A stretch of DNA of 64,000 nt from Vitrella brassicaformis CCMP3155 (taxonomy: Eukaryota; Protista; Chromerida): the NCBI GenBank assembly GCA_001179505.1, contig CDMY01000242.1:62001-126000 (forward strand), given 5' to 3'. A model generated the notes under the pieces. That model ran no database searches and was not told the DNA's origin. It worked only from the letters and a program-made list of their open reading frames with translations. The stretch's first letter is position 1. Each line of letters begins with the position of its first letter. Shown piece by piece: positions 1 through 12,619 of this stretch. Both the position numbers and the translations under genes were made by a program.

Positions 1-658
1 CTCGCCATCGCCTCCCCCGCCGTCGGAATCTGCCGTCGGCTCCACACTGGCACTGGCGGCAGCCGGCCCCGCGTGGCTGTAGCAGTGGATCTCTTGCATG
101 AAGAGGGCGTGATAGTCGCTCGATGAGGGGTCGGCGCGCTTGCTGGACACATGCAGCTCGACGCGGTTGGTGCGGCCCGTCTTGTAGAGCGTCAGCTCGT
201 CCAGGAAGGCCTCGAAATATGCCGGTGAGACCTCCAGGTAGACGCGGCCATTCTCATCTCGCGGCAGGCCGTTCGCGTGATGCATCAGCAGGACAGAGAT
301 GTACTTGCGCACCATGGCGGGCATCAGCAAGGCTTGACGACTGACGGGGAACACGGTGCCACCTGTTGTTTGCGAAAGGGCACACAGAGAGGGCGCAGTG
401 ATGAGTGCATCCCTCTATTCCTTTGTCTGTGTGTGCTGTGTACCTACCTGCATTGACTTGGATCTCGCCGTCGGTCTCATCAAGCTTCCACACGCCGCCC
501 CGGGCTGACACCATGCCCGAGATCTCGTCGGTGATGGCCTTCACATCGCTTCCCGCCTTGGTTGTGTCAGCGATGGCCTGCTGTGTGACTCTATTGAGTG
601 AGTCAGAAGAGGTGCGAACGAGACGGTCAGCCTTCTCACAGCCCAAAAGGCTGCTCAT
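1..658 (-). CDS. BTB/POZ (KCTD-like) domain protein of the expanded BTB-TLDc family; 3' end runs off the window
   Basis: ATG 658, intron 363-447 (GT..AG). Spliced EIQVNAG-GTVFPVSRQALLMPAMVRKYISVLLMHHANGLPRDENGRVYLEVSPAYF matches the 'EINVGGTV...LPKD...PFL' BTB block of the paralogs at 4881, 14577 and 45332. Confidence 0.8.
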
Positions 659-750
659 GATGCCCAGATCTCCTCGCCGTTTTGAGCCATGCGAGCTTAA
701 AACGTTTCATCGCGCTGCCTGTCAGTTTCCCTCCCCCACGATTCATCGCA

Positions 751-3700
751 ATGATGAGCGCTCCTGACCACTACGAGCATCCTCGCGAACTCTCGAGTGC
801 TCTTCTCCTCTCTCTCCCCACCTTTGTAGCGCCCCCAAATGCCTTTCGTCGCTACGCCGATCAGCTACAAGTGGAACTTCTCGACAGAGTCAGGCTCCTG
901 GACAGCATCAAGGTGGCAGTGCCAAGTGCATGCGATAGAACGAATTCACTTGATCGGCAACCCATGAAAATGTCTCCTGATTTGTCGATTGTCGTGCAGG
1001 TTGCGGACTTGGAGCGTGGTCACTTTCACGTGACTCTGGCCGACACACAGGGGCCGCTGACTCTGGCCATCACCACCGACACGCACACACTCTTGACTCT
1101 CTCGCTCTGGGCGGGCGGCACTACTCTTCTGGGCCTCTCGTCGCCATTTGGGGCGGCCGGTGCTGCAATGGGTCATTCGAGGCCGTTTCGCTTCAAGTTG
1201 GCAGATCATGTGAAGGATGGATGGCTGTGCGTGCGGGAAGGGCAGCACGACGTTGCAGTCACGGACGAATCACTCAAGGCAGACGCAAGTGGTGAGTGAG
1301 TGAGTGGGAGACATTCGGCCACGCAGCCTGTTCATTCACTGGTGTCTCTTGTTAGCAGCAGCAGCCCCTGGCGGCGACAACGATGGCTTTCGCATTCACA
1401 TGCTAATGGCGGTGTTGCCGTCTTCGAAGGTATGTCTCTTTGTGTGGCTATCCATTGACCAAGGTATATGTGCGCTTGTGGATACAGCTGTCAAAGCACA
1501 GGATGAGATATTGCATCGAGGAGTTCAAGAACATATCCATTCAGGTGCGGCACACATGCATATGTACGTACGATCTGATGCGTGATATCGACTTTTGTCT
1601 GTCCGATTGGTATTCAGGCGCGTACCAGTGACCTAATCAAGGGTCTCACCCAGGTGAGACACTCATATCTGTTCACTCAATAGGCAGACATGTCTGTGTT
1701 CTGTCTCCTTGAATCATTCAGCCCATCTTTGACTCCCTCTCCCCTGTCCGCACCGGTGCCACCGGGCGCACATACAGCTCCCTCAGCATCAACAGCTTTC
1801 TGCCGCCGTCCTTTCCGCCTTCTCGAGAAGCATCACCCACATCTCGAAGTGAAACTATTTCCATGCTGTCAGTACCATCTGTGCCCGAGGCGCCTGCCGC
1901 TGAGGAGGAGGAGGAGGAGGAGGAGGAGGAGGAGAAGGAGGAGACGGCCGTAGACGCATCGCCTTACAGCCATGTGGTCGCTGTTGGTGGGCCGCGGACG
2001 GAGGCCAGCCCCAGGACAACACACACGAAGCCTTCGGTCGATATCGATGTTGCTAGAGGGATGGCTGAAATGCCCTCGCCGACAACGAAGGGTTTCATCC
2101 AGCGAGGCAAGATTGAGACACCCATCGAGCTGCCATCCTACGGCAAACAATACAGCAGAAAAGTCGATCATCCGAAGACGGATACGCGCTTGGCCGAGCT
2201 GTATACGCCACCAAGGCCTGCGGCTGAGATACCGACAGCTGGCATCTCGCCGCCACCGTCACCTCCCCCGAAGAAAGGGATCGGTCTGTCCTATGCCAAA
2301 ACGAGCAAGCCAAAGGGACCAAGCTTAGCGGCCGCCAAGACAGCAGAGATCAGCACTACTCGAACTTCTCGACACAAGCAGCCTATCGACGAGAGAAGAT
2401 CGACCCTCCCGAAGATGAGTAAAAGCAACCGCATGTCCGGGTCTTCGACAAGACACGGTTCCTCTTCGCGGCCACCCTCCCCTGAGGCCCCTCCAGCTAG
2501 AGGAGGTGAGGCTATCTCGACAGCCCCAGGCAGCCAGACGAGACGATCAGGTGAACGCCTGCACGAGACAGCAGCACCAATTGCTGAGGTCGAGAACCCC
2601 CTTGTCGCGTACTGCATTAGCCGGACATCTCGCGGCAGGTCCAGCTCGGCTCTCTTGTCTACCGATAATAAGCGAATGGCGGCGAGAACCGCCGACCTCC
2701 CACAATCGCCCTCGCCTCTGTCGTCGACTGATGGGAAGCAAATGGCCACGACAAGTCAGCAGCTCTATGATGGCAGCCATGGCAGTGGGAATGTGTCCCT
2801 CCCTAAGCGGCAGCGTGACGCATACGACGAGCAAAAGGACGGCAGCTGTAGCATGGCAGATCGACTGGAAGAGGCGGCCTTTGATGAACAGGAGCAGCTG
2901 AGAAGGCAGCTGGCACAGCTTCAACAGCAGCTGACCTCAGTCGAACACCGTGCACAGAAGACGGAAAACCAATGTGAAGCCCTCCGCTACGGCCTTGTCC
3001 GCCAGGCAAAGCACTCAGCCCTCCAACACGACAACGATCGCACACAACTGACGTTGTTGGAGAGCCAGGCGGGCGAAGTGCGGTTGAATGCCGCCATGTG
3101 GCAGAGAGAGGCCGAGAGGCTGCGGGGGGTAGAGAGAAGGCAAGAGACACTCGAGCAGGAGCTCAGCGGACTGAAAAGAGAGTATGTCGATGTGCAGAAA
3201 CGGCTGGAAGAGGTGAGACATCCACCCATTACTTGCATGATTGATTGGCACTGTGTCTCTTTCTGTATGTGGCAGAGCTTTGAGGAGAATGCTCGCCTGA
3301 GGGAGGCCAACAGCCGCCTGTATGAGATCAACGACGAGCTCTGTCTTATGATGCAAGAGATGCCGAGAGACAGACCGCAATCGCGGCCACCAGAGCGTAC
3401 GCATCATCCAAAAAGGGCGAGAAGCCGGTCCCCGGCGGCAAGCGATGGGAGCCCTCGTGCACGATCCGTCGGCCCGCTCCCTTCACACTCATCTTTCATT
3501 CCCGTAAGCTCGTCTACTCGTGGAGTGACGGATCGCATCGACTGGCTGCTGCACCAGCACCTGAACGACCACCCGCACCTCATGGTGAGATCAGAGAAAA
3601 ATACCATCCTCCATCATTGCCTCATGGATGCTGTTGATGTCTCGCAGAATTGCTTCCGTCGACTGGATGAGGGAGTCTACTCGTACGCGAACCTTATCAC

Positions 3701-4175
3701 ATGAGTGGCTCACGTCTCTATCCGTGTGTGTCTCCTTTTCCTTGTTTGCAGTTATTGTGGTAAGGCGGTCACAGCGCGCATCGCCAACGGACAGCTCGTC
3801 TTCCGTGTCGGCGGAGGGTACCTCTCGTTCGACAGCTATATCACAGCACACACCCCTCACCCCGCATACCTATGCCCCTTCCTCCGACTTCACCCACAGC
3901 CCCGCGTAACGCCCCGTCTCAAACGGATCGACCATCCTGTGACCCCGACCTGTGACCCACTTGATCTGGATTGGGTGCATGAGCGGCCTCCGGATCAGAT
4001 ATGCATGGGTACCAGGTGGACGGAGAGCTTGCGATCGCGAGTGGTTGGCGTGGATGAGTCGCGGCAGCATCTCAGAGTGCTGAGAACGCACCATCAGTCA
4101 GTGGGTAACCTACGTTTTGGGCCACCCCCACTGAGGGAGACGGAGAAGTCTGATCAACACGAGGAAGAGACGTAG
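751..4175 (+). CDS. GAS2/GAR-domain (microtubule-binding) protein with acidic and low-complexity region and coiled coil
   Basis: ORFs 682-1299, 1863-3704 and 3705-4175 join in frame via GT-AG introns (e.g. donor 1292; 3213-3275; 3585-3647; 3683-3751). The spliced C-terminus IDWLLHQHLNDHPHLMNCFRRLDEGVYSYCGKAVTARIANGQLVFRVGGGYLSFDSYI carries the GAR signature RVGGG[WY]. Confidence 0.8.
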
Positions 4176-4880
4176 AAGAGGTGGAAAGCGAGGCGCTGTA
4201 TATATGTTTTGGTTACTAGAATATGAGAGAGTAAGTAAGGCAATGCATCTTTTCTAGGACGGTAGGGTTATGTCTGTGGGTCGTGTTTGGAGGCATTGGC
4301 TCTTGGGAGTGCATGTCGGTACTGATGCGAAAAGAAAGGAAGCTTGTCTCTCTCCTCCGACCACTCTCTCTTTGAAAAGATGCTTTTTGGGACAGTACCC
4401 GTAGTTGAGCACTCATCATAGGGTCAACGTCAATATGCCTGGCCCACTTTGGCCTTCGAAGGGGCCCTCGTTCGTGGAATAGGCGCAAAGGTGGATTGCG
4501 TCCCCGAAATAATGAGGAGACTCTCGCGCTACGCACTGCAGCGGTGCCTTGCAGAGGTGCTTGTCATAGAGTTTTTTTTCGCAGCCGGCCGCCGCCACTC
4601 CCTCTCTGTGTCTCTGTCCAGCTCACCGCTGCGCCGATCCGCCGTCGATATGTCTACGATGCGCTCACGCTGTGAAGCTGCCGGATACTGTACCAGCCGG
4701 CCATCGATCGAACTTCAGCAATCCTCCCATCTGTGCGCACAAAATACCTGCAACTCACATACACATACAGAGAGCGACAACAAAGCCAGCAGTGTGTTGG
4801 CCTCGCGGCTGAGAAAGGTGTGCTGGTGAAGCGTCGTCTCACTTGCCTCTCCCGCAGTCTATGTGTGCTGTCAGATCGGT

Positions 4881-6677
4881 TCAGCCGCTCCCCACCTGCA
4901 CACAGAACACATACAGCAGTGCTATCCACAGCCAGCCAGCCACATGTGCCCTCCGTTCCCCTCGCCCACCCACCTGCCACACTTCCATCTCATCGCTCGT
5001 GAAGTTGTTCGACCGCGCCAGTCTGCCGTTGCCGTGCTTATTGATCTCCCCTCTGTATCCATCGTGCAACAGATCTTTCTCGACCCACTGCTGGCATCTG
5101 CTGAGGTCGGCGGCCGGATCAGGACGACCATGGCCCAGCCAAAGGTAGCCGCGGCCGATGCAGACATTGGCGGTCGGCATGCCCTCGGTGTCCTTCACCA
5201 CCCCCTGTGTGCCGGCCACATTCACCTTCTGGTCCTCTGCGAGCAGCTCGATCTTGGTCGGCGCGTCATACGCACCCGACAGCGAAAAGAAGAAGACGGG
5301 CGCCTTGTACCAGTTGGCCTGCGTGGGGTCGTCTGGGGGGGTGATCTCGCCGTCGATGAAGGCGCCGAAGCGGTGCGTGTCGCCATCTCGGAGGGCGAAG
5401 AGCAGGCCGCTCTTGCCCTCGACGCACTCGAGCATCTTGGGGAACGCATACGTGTCGCGACTGCCCCTAAAAGGATGACACACCACAGACGACAGATGCA
5501 TGCCTTTTGTGGTCTGCCCTGCCTGTCTTGTGCCAGCATTCGGTCTCACTTGTACAGCAGCGATGGCGCCACGGCGATCTTCTTGTCGGTCATCTTCATC
5601 ACCGCCAGCCACTCGTCGGCCGTCCTGATCACTGCGGACGCCCCCGCCGCCTCACCGACAGGCGGCACCGTGTCGAGGCCGTACATGCCCAGCTCGACGG
5701 CAAAGATGGCCTTCTCGTGCGGCGCCACCACCGGCGGATGGACGAACCGGCCGGGCGGCATGACGACAGTCAGGCGGCGGGCAAAGTCGACGATGAGCTT
5801 CCTCATCAGACACGCTCAGCGTCATCACCTGGGTGTCCTCATCGCTGCTGTCCCGATTGACGAACGGCCGCATGGCCACCAGGAAGGCCTCCATGGCCTT
5901 CTTCTGCTTGCGAAGCCCCTCGAGCAGGCCCTCGTAGCGCCGCATGCACTGCTCCATCTGCCGAAAGCCTCTCTTTGCCCCGCCCTCCCCGCCACCATTT
6001 GCCGCCGTGCCAGTTGACTGTGGCTGATTCCCAATCTCGATGGCACCGCCCAGCGTCTGCATGAACAGCGAGTGGTACTCGGCATAAGAGGGATCGTCGG
6101 CCTCCGGTGAGTGCAGGCTGATCTCGTCCAAGTGAGGGCTCTCGAGCAGCGCCAGCTGGTCACGCAGCCATTTGAAGTAGGGCGGGTGCGCCTCGAGGAA
6201 TGGCAGGTCGTTGGTGTCCTTGGGCAGGGCGTCGATGAAGTGCAGCAGCAGGGTGGAGAGGTACGTCCGCTTCATCTTGGGATGGAGAAGTGCTGACAGG
6301 GGAATCGACATGACAGTGCCGCCCACATTGAGCCGAATGCGGTCCTCTGTCTGCAGCGGCTGCAGCGTGCCGCCATTTGCGACGAACAAGTGCTTGATCT
6401 GCTCCTCCAGCCGCTCCATCTCGCCCATCGCCTCGGTTGTCGCCGTCTTGGCCATCTCCCTGAGGTCGTCCATGCAGCCCGCAGCCTGCTTCAGCACCAG
6501 ATCTCCCTCCTCACGACCGCTTGTGAGGCTGTGCAGCTGCGACTCAAGTGGGGCGGCCGAGTCAAACTCATCGACAGGTGACGCAGATCCCAGGGCAGAT
6601 CCGCTTGGACGATCGTCGCGCCTTCGCTTCCTCGAGCCTCCAGAGGCTGACAGCATCGTGGCTAGCCGCTGAAACAT
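4881..6677 (-). pseudogene. BTB-TLDc protein, left-arm copy, frameshifted by an 83-nt deletion at 5797/5798
   Basis: Close paralog of 14577-16582 (RLNVGGTV..LPKDTN.LPFLEAHPPYF; GSRDTYAFPKMLECV TLDc). Reads DEE-AHRRL where the paralog reads DEE-VSVLRR..LQ-LIVDFARR. Confidence 0.7.
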
Positions 6678-8075
6678 GCCACCCTCTAATCATGCGAGCT
6701 CAAATTCAACCTGGCCGAACCTCGCCCTTCTCGATAAGAAAGAAAAAGCGACTCCATCGGTTCAGGTAACATATCTCCGGGAGGAAGAGCCCTCGAAGTG
6801 GCTGATCTGACGTTCCCTCCATCCTCTGCGTGTGCTGCTGTGTGATGACGTCACCCACGGTGTGGTGCTGGCTGCAGGCCACCGAGTAAGCAAGAGGATG
6901 ACGTCGGTTCGGATGTTGCTGGCGGGTTTGTTGGGCGTGTTGGCCGTGGGCCTGCTGGGCCTTCCCCTCACCCACGGCAAGAACCTCTACACCCAGGAGC
7001 TCCACGACGACAGTGAGGGATGGATGGGCGCGAGATCTATGGATCTGTGGATCTATGGATGTCGTGGAGGCTCTGTGTGTGGTGTGGATGGATGGATGGA
7101 TGCAGCGGACATAGAGGTGCCCATGGAGGAGCGCATGGACGCCATCAGTGATATCGATAACAACCCCAGTGCCTTCGTTGAGGCTGGTGCGCAGATAGAA
7201 GATGAGCCAATGCCGGCCCACCACCGCCACTCGACATCCGTGCCATTCCGTGGTCTGATGGATGTGTGCATATCTGTCTGTGCGTCTGTGTGTGTGCAGG
7301 GTCCTCGGCTGAGCTGTCATCGGGTGCCCATCTGCAGGTGTCGTTGGCCGCCATCCAACATCATCATCGCCATCCGACATCAAGCAGCTGGAGCGAGGCA
7401 AGGGCAGCCACAAGGCCGCCATAGCGGTGCACCAGGCTGCCATCGTCACACATCAAGAGGCCCTCAACGCCATGGAGGCCGCCGAGCGAAAGATGAACGC
7501 CCTCACCGACCAACCGACCAGCCGCGGTGTGGATGGATCATCGACATGTGTGTGGGTGTGGTGCATCTGTGTGTGTGTGTGTGTGTGTGCGTGTGTGGGT
7601 CAGGGAAGTGTGCGTACGGGTGTGACGGCTGGGACTACGAATGCAGGCCGTCACGCGATGGGGATAGTTGTGGCGTCGGCTGCAAGTGCTGGAAGAAAAG
7701 CTGCGTTGTGAGTACTGACACACTTTGACGACTGGCAGCAACAGACAGACAGAGAGACAGACAGACGCGAAGGATCTCTCTGTGTGTGTGTGGTCTTCAG
7801 GAAGAAGCCGACTACGAGGAGAACGCATGCAAGGAGGTCAAGATCATACACACACACACATGTCATTGTCTGTCTGTCTATGAGTGTGTCTGTGTGTCTG
7901 TGTGTGGGTGCAGGAGGAGCAACTGTGTCTGAAAAACAGCGACAAATGCAAAAAGGCCAAAAATGGGGCGAAGTGTGGCACCGGCTGCGCGTGCTGGGAC
8001 AAAAAGTGCATCGTGAGTACTGACACACTTTCTTTGACGACTGGCAGCAACAGACAGACAGACAGACGCTAAGGA

Positions 8076-8109
<34 letters not shown>

Positions 8110-8848
8110 TGTGTGGTCTCTCTGTGCGTGTGTGTGTGGTCTTCAGCATAAATCGATACACCCCAAATACAAGAAGGTCAAGCCACACACACACACATGT
8201 CATTGTATGTCTGTCTGTCAATCTGTGTGTCTGTGTGTGGGTGCAGGCTGACTGCCCGTGGATCCATGACTGAGGCGGTGAGAGCGCGTCTGGCGGCCGG
8301 CCCGGGCAGGTCGGTGAGAGACCACAAACAAACAAGACAGACAGACAGACCTCTATATATCAGCAGCGGCACATACATACAATACAGCATCAATCCAATC
8401 CGGCGTCTGTGCGTCTGTGCGTCTGTGTGTGCAGGTAGATATGTAGCTGTAGCTTACACACCGACGTGGCTAGGGAGGGGGAGAGAGAGGGGAGAGAGCA
8501 CTTTGCTTTGCTGACAGCATCAGACAGACACCTCACCTGTCCGGCTACACCATTTCTTTTCAGACGGGCGGGCGGGACACACACACACAGAGGGAGAGAG
8601 AGAGAGAGTTTGACACACACAGAGGAATTGGACACACAGGATTTTGCAATGTGTGTGTGTGTGTGATTTGGGTGATCCACCGTGTGTCTGGCTGTCTGCC
8701 TGTGTGGCTGCGCATCCAAGTGTGTGTCCATTGCGTCGGTGGAATGTCCTCTGATTGATGGACGGACCGATTCTTTGCGTGACGCCCTGTGTTCATCCGT
8801 TCAAGCGGTCCATACGGCGCCGACGAGTCAGTAGTTGAAGCGGTCGAC
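4970..8848. repeat. Left arm of a ~4 kb inverted segmental duplication (partner ~12339-16410)
   Basis: Reverse-complement identity seen directly, e.g. 6700-7020 vs 14200-14520 and 8280-8848 vs 12339-12930. The outer boundary is approximate because the TLDc 3' halves diverge. Confidence 0.9.
6898..8273 (+). CDS. Secreted Cys-rich (cystine-knot-like) peptide precursor, left copy, 8 exons; frameshifting insertion in exon 3
   Basis: Exons 6898-7012, 7106-7186, 7300-7526, 7604-7707, 7801-7836, 7914-8012, 8147-8176, 8247-8273. Signal peptide MTSVRMLLAGLLGVLAVGLLGLPLTHG. Cys modules CDGWDYECRPSRDGDSCGVGCKCWKKSC and CLKNSDKCKKAKNGAKCGTGCACWDKKC. Net +23 nt at 7356-7384 versus the paralog gives a TAG at 7422-7424 unless a cryptic intron is used. 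Confidence 0.72.
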
Positions 8849-9471
8849 AGTCGACCTATGTCTTTCCCAACACAAACCAATCCCCTCGGCCCGCCCACCA
8901 TCACACACACACACACAATAAAGCGGACGATCGTCCTCCTGCAGTGGTGAGCCTTTTGTCTGATGAAATGCCATTTCTCCTCAACACTCACTCAGTGACG
9001 GAACAACAGGCCGGCACCATCATCCCTGAGGCTGGCATGAAATTCGCTGCATCAGGAGCCTTGGCTGGCAACACACATACGCCCTTCCATGGTGCCCTTT
9101 CTATGGCTGAGTGCAGCTGCTTCAAGTTGCTGGCAGTGGCTCCACTGCATGAGGTGCGGCAATGATCTGAGCGATGGGGGAGAAAGGGGACCACCCTCGA
9201 TGAACAAACGATGCGATATAGGTGAGACAGACAGACATGGAATCGATGTGTCTGTCATGTGTGTCCACAGCCACGGACAGGCACATTCAATTTGCACACC
9301 ACACCCCCCGGGCCACACGGCGAGAGAATGAACGACACTCACAAGGATTCCCTCCAGCCGTACGTGGCCAATGAAACAAACTGGCCATCGTCTGTCCGTC
9401 TGTCTGTCTGTCTTTGATGAATGAAGGTCTCTGCCACACACCAATCCGATCCTCCCAAACCGCCAGCACCA

Positions 9472-12211
9472 TCACTCCCTCCCTCCGTGGCCTTCCTGGC
9501 CGCCATCTCCCTCCTGCTGCTGCTGCTGGTGCTGTGTGCGGGGCGATGCCGGTCCACCATCGGCCTGGGAGGGTCCACCCTGCTGCATCATGGCCGCCTT
9601 CTGCTGAATGGCCTGCTTCATCCCCAGGGCGTAGTAGTGGTACGGGTGCATGGTGGGCGACACGGCAGCTGTCGATCCGCCGTATGCAGCGGCAGCAGCG
9701 GCCGCGAAGGGGTGGTGCTGGTACACAGGGGGTGGGCCCGCAGACATCTGATAGACAGACATACAAACATGACAACACGCATAGCATAGCACAGCACAAG
9801 TCAGTCAAACTTTGTCCGTCTGCTGATGTGATGAGTCTCACCTGTGCAGCCTGCTGGTCTGTGCCCGCCTCGGGTATCCGATTTGACAGCCCCGATGCCG
9901 GCGAAGCAGCCGCAGCCGCAGCCGCAGAAGTCGCCATGCCGGGTGAGTGCCTCGCTGGCTGCCCCTCAGCCATCCCACCTGCCTCCTCCCCCGCCCCACC
10001 CAGCTGCTGCTGCTGCTGCTGCACCATGATGTTGAACATGTGCTGCCCACCTGCCAGGAAGGCCGCCATGGCAGGGGTGCTGTCATCCTGCTGCTGCTGC
10101 TGCTGCATGGGGGAGTGGGGCTTCATCATCGGAGGCATCACTGGCGGCCTCAGCAGAGGGCGGCCGGCACCTGGCGAGAACGGAAGACCGCCGGCAATGT
10201 GGGGACGGGGGGAGGCCGCTGCTGCTGCCGCGGCCTTTTCCTGCGGTGTGGAAGGCCTCTTGCGTGTGGTGCCGTCGTGTGGGGGTGTTTGGGGGGGCAT
10301 CATGGTGAGGATGCGAGCCTGCTCCATCCGCACCTGGGCCATCTCTTGCTGCGGGCACATTGACAGACAGCCGGGCACATTGACAGACAGACACGTAGAC
10401 AGACAGACAGACAGACAGAGAGGCGGTGAGAGGCAGGTTTGTTTCGTCTGGTGGTGAGTTGGCCGGGTGCGTGTGTCCAGTACGTACCTGTCTCTGCGCA
10501 GCGAGGTGGTCGACGGCTTGTTTGAATGAAGCGCAGTTGTGGTGGAGCCGCTTGAGCACCACACGGTAGTCCTGCACATACATAGCACAGAGAGACCACA
10601 CCACATCCACCCAAATGGGATGGGTGTGAGAGCGACAGTGTGCATCTCATGGCATCGCATGACATGAGGTCACTCTCACTTACCTCTAGCGTCATTGGGT
10701 GAGTGCAGTGCACCGACACCTCATGGCCCTCCTTGGCCACCTGGTGCACGGCCATACACAAACAAACCACATACATCGCAACCGCTTTCCTCCTCCTTGC
10801 GGGCTGGGCTTACGTCGCATGAGATGTTGGCCTCTCTCTGCGCGACGGCCATGATGAAGGGGATGGCGTGGCGGTCTTGAGCACCAGGCGCCTTGTCACG
10901 ATTCCTATTCACCTGATGGATGGATCGATGGATGGATGGATGTGCACACAGCAGTGAGGTGATTCAGTGCATGTGTTGCGTGTGTCTGAGAAAGAGAGAG
11001 TGTCTGTGCTCACAGCGACGAGTTGGTCGACGAGTCTGTCGATCTGCATGAGCTCCTGCAGCTTGGCCTTCTTCGTGTTGACCGCCTGCTGCAGCTCCAA
11101 CGCCTGCAACACGTGCATCATGATATCACGACACCACACACACACACACACACACACAGACACACACACACACACAGACACACAGACACACACAGATAAC
11201 GCACGCACACGCAGCCACGCTCAGGTGGGTCTCGTGCGCCCCACTTCTTTCTTGATTTCGACGGATGATCGGTCGCCGGGACTCTCGGAGATGCCCTGAT
11301 GGATGGATGGATGAGCCGAAGAACAGCCATATGGGCCACGGTATACATGCATCGGTGCTGGGTGGGGCGTGGGTGGGGCGTTGGTGTACCTGCCAGACGA
11401 GGTATTTGTTGGCCTTCCGCACCACCCCCAGGGCCAACAGCACATTCAACGCATCATACACACGACGACTGATGACACACAGACACACGGCAAAGACACA
11501 GCGTCAGGCGGACAATGCAGGTGTGTATGTCCAGTGGCAGCTTCCCTCGGCTGACCGTATGTTCTTCTCCTCCAAAGGCCGGTCCTTTGAACTCTGCGAA
11601 CCCTGCGCACGGCACACAACACAAGCCAACACGTCAATGTCTGTCACCCAATGAGTCGCCTCCGCTCTCTAGTTGGAATGTTGATCTGTACCTCCTGCAG
11701 TTCCATGGCGACGAGTGTATCCGCCACCTGGTTGAACGACGTCACGCCATGCTTCTTGACCTCCTCACACACCTGAGAATGCACCACAACACACCACAAC
11801 ACACCAGCGCCACACAAAGCGGATGATCTGATTTGTTCTCATGTTTTCTTCTCCTCTCACCCGCACACTGAAGTGTTTGAGTCCCTTGATGGCCTTGCGC
11901 CCCTCCTGGTCGGTCTCCCTCTCCCTCTCCCTCTCATCCACACGCCTCTTACTGCCGGACGAGGGCGTCAGATGCTGATACGCCACCGGCACGCCGCCAA
12001 GCGCAAACGGACTCACCTGTGGGGCCGCAGAGGCAGCAACCTGAGGGATCTGTGGTGCTGCTGATGCCGATGCTGATGTTGATGCGGCACTCGCATTGCT
12101 CTGCTGCTGCTGCATGCTTGGATGAGCACTGGTGGGCTGCTGTGGTGGATGAGCGGCGGAGTTGGGCACTCCGCTGGCACCTGGAGGTGCCGAAGCACCT
12201 GGCGGTATCAT
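9472..12211 (-). CDS. DP: E2F dimerisation partner (DP/TFDP family) transcription factor
   Basis: Spliced motifs [56 protein letters not shown] (DEF box), coiled coil LELQQAVNTKKAKLQEL, and DP-domain IPFIMAVA..ISCDVS; Q/A-rich tail. Confidence 0.88.
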
Positions 12212-12338
12212 GACTCAGGGGCCGACCGACCGTGAAACGTGAAACGAACGGTTTGGCGTTGGGGAAACGACCGAGCCTCTGCATCTCGAGTCTGCCGTCG
12301 AAACCATCCATTCACGCGAAACGAAGCGTGTAGTGTTG

Positions 12339-12586
12339 GTCGACCGCTAAGCTGCTCACTCGTCCGCACCGTATGGACCGCTTGAACGGATGAACACAGG
12401 GCGTCACGCAAAGAATCGGTCCGTCCATCAAAGGACATTCCACCGAGGCAATGGACACACACGTGGATGCGCAGCCACACAGGCAGACAGGCAGACAGCC
12501 AGACACACGGTGGATCACCCAAATCACACACACACACACACACACATTGCAAAATCCTGTGTGTCCAATTCCTCTGTGTGTCAAAT

Positions 12587-12619
<33 letters not shown>

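Noticed and set aside
4216-4860. Repeat-poor segment with several 60-126 aa ORFs
   Set aside because: No recognisable motif, splice pattern or paralog; probably UTR or intergenic.
6846-6853. TGACGTCA (CRE-like) palindrome in the bidirectional promoter, also at 14372-14379
   Set aside because: It lies within near-identical duplicated arms, so its conservation carries no information.
8944-9400. Short ORFs downstream of DP
   Set aside because: No homology cues or consistent exons; likely 3' UTR or intergenic.
9287-10660. Many long ORF-track entries rich in CVCV/HTHT/DRQT/MDGW
   Set aside because: They read through intronic microsatellites or are antisense shadows of GC-rich exons; real models come from spliced exons.
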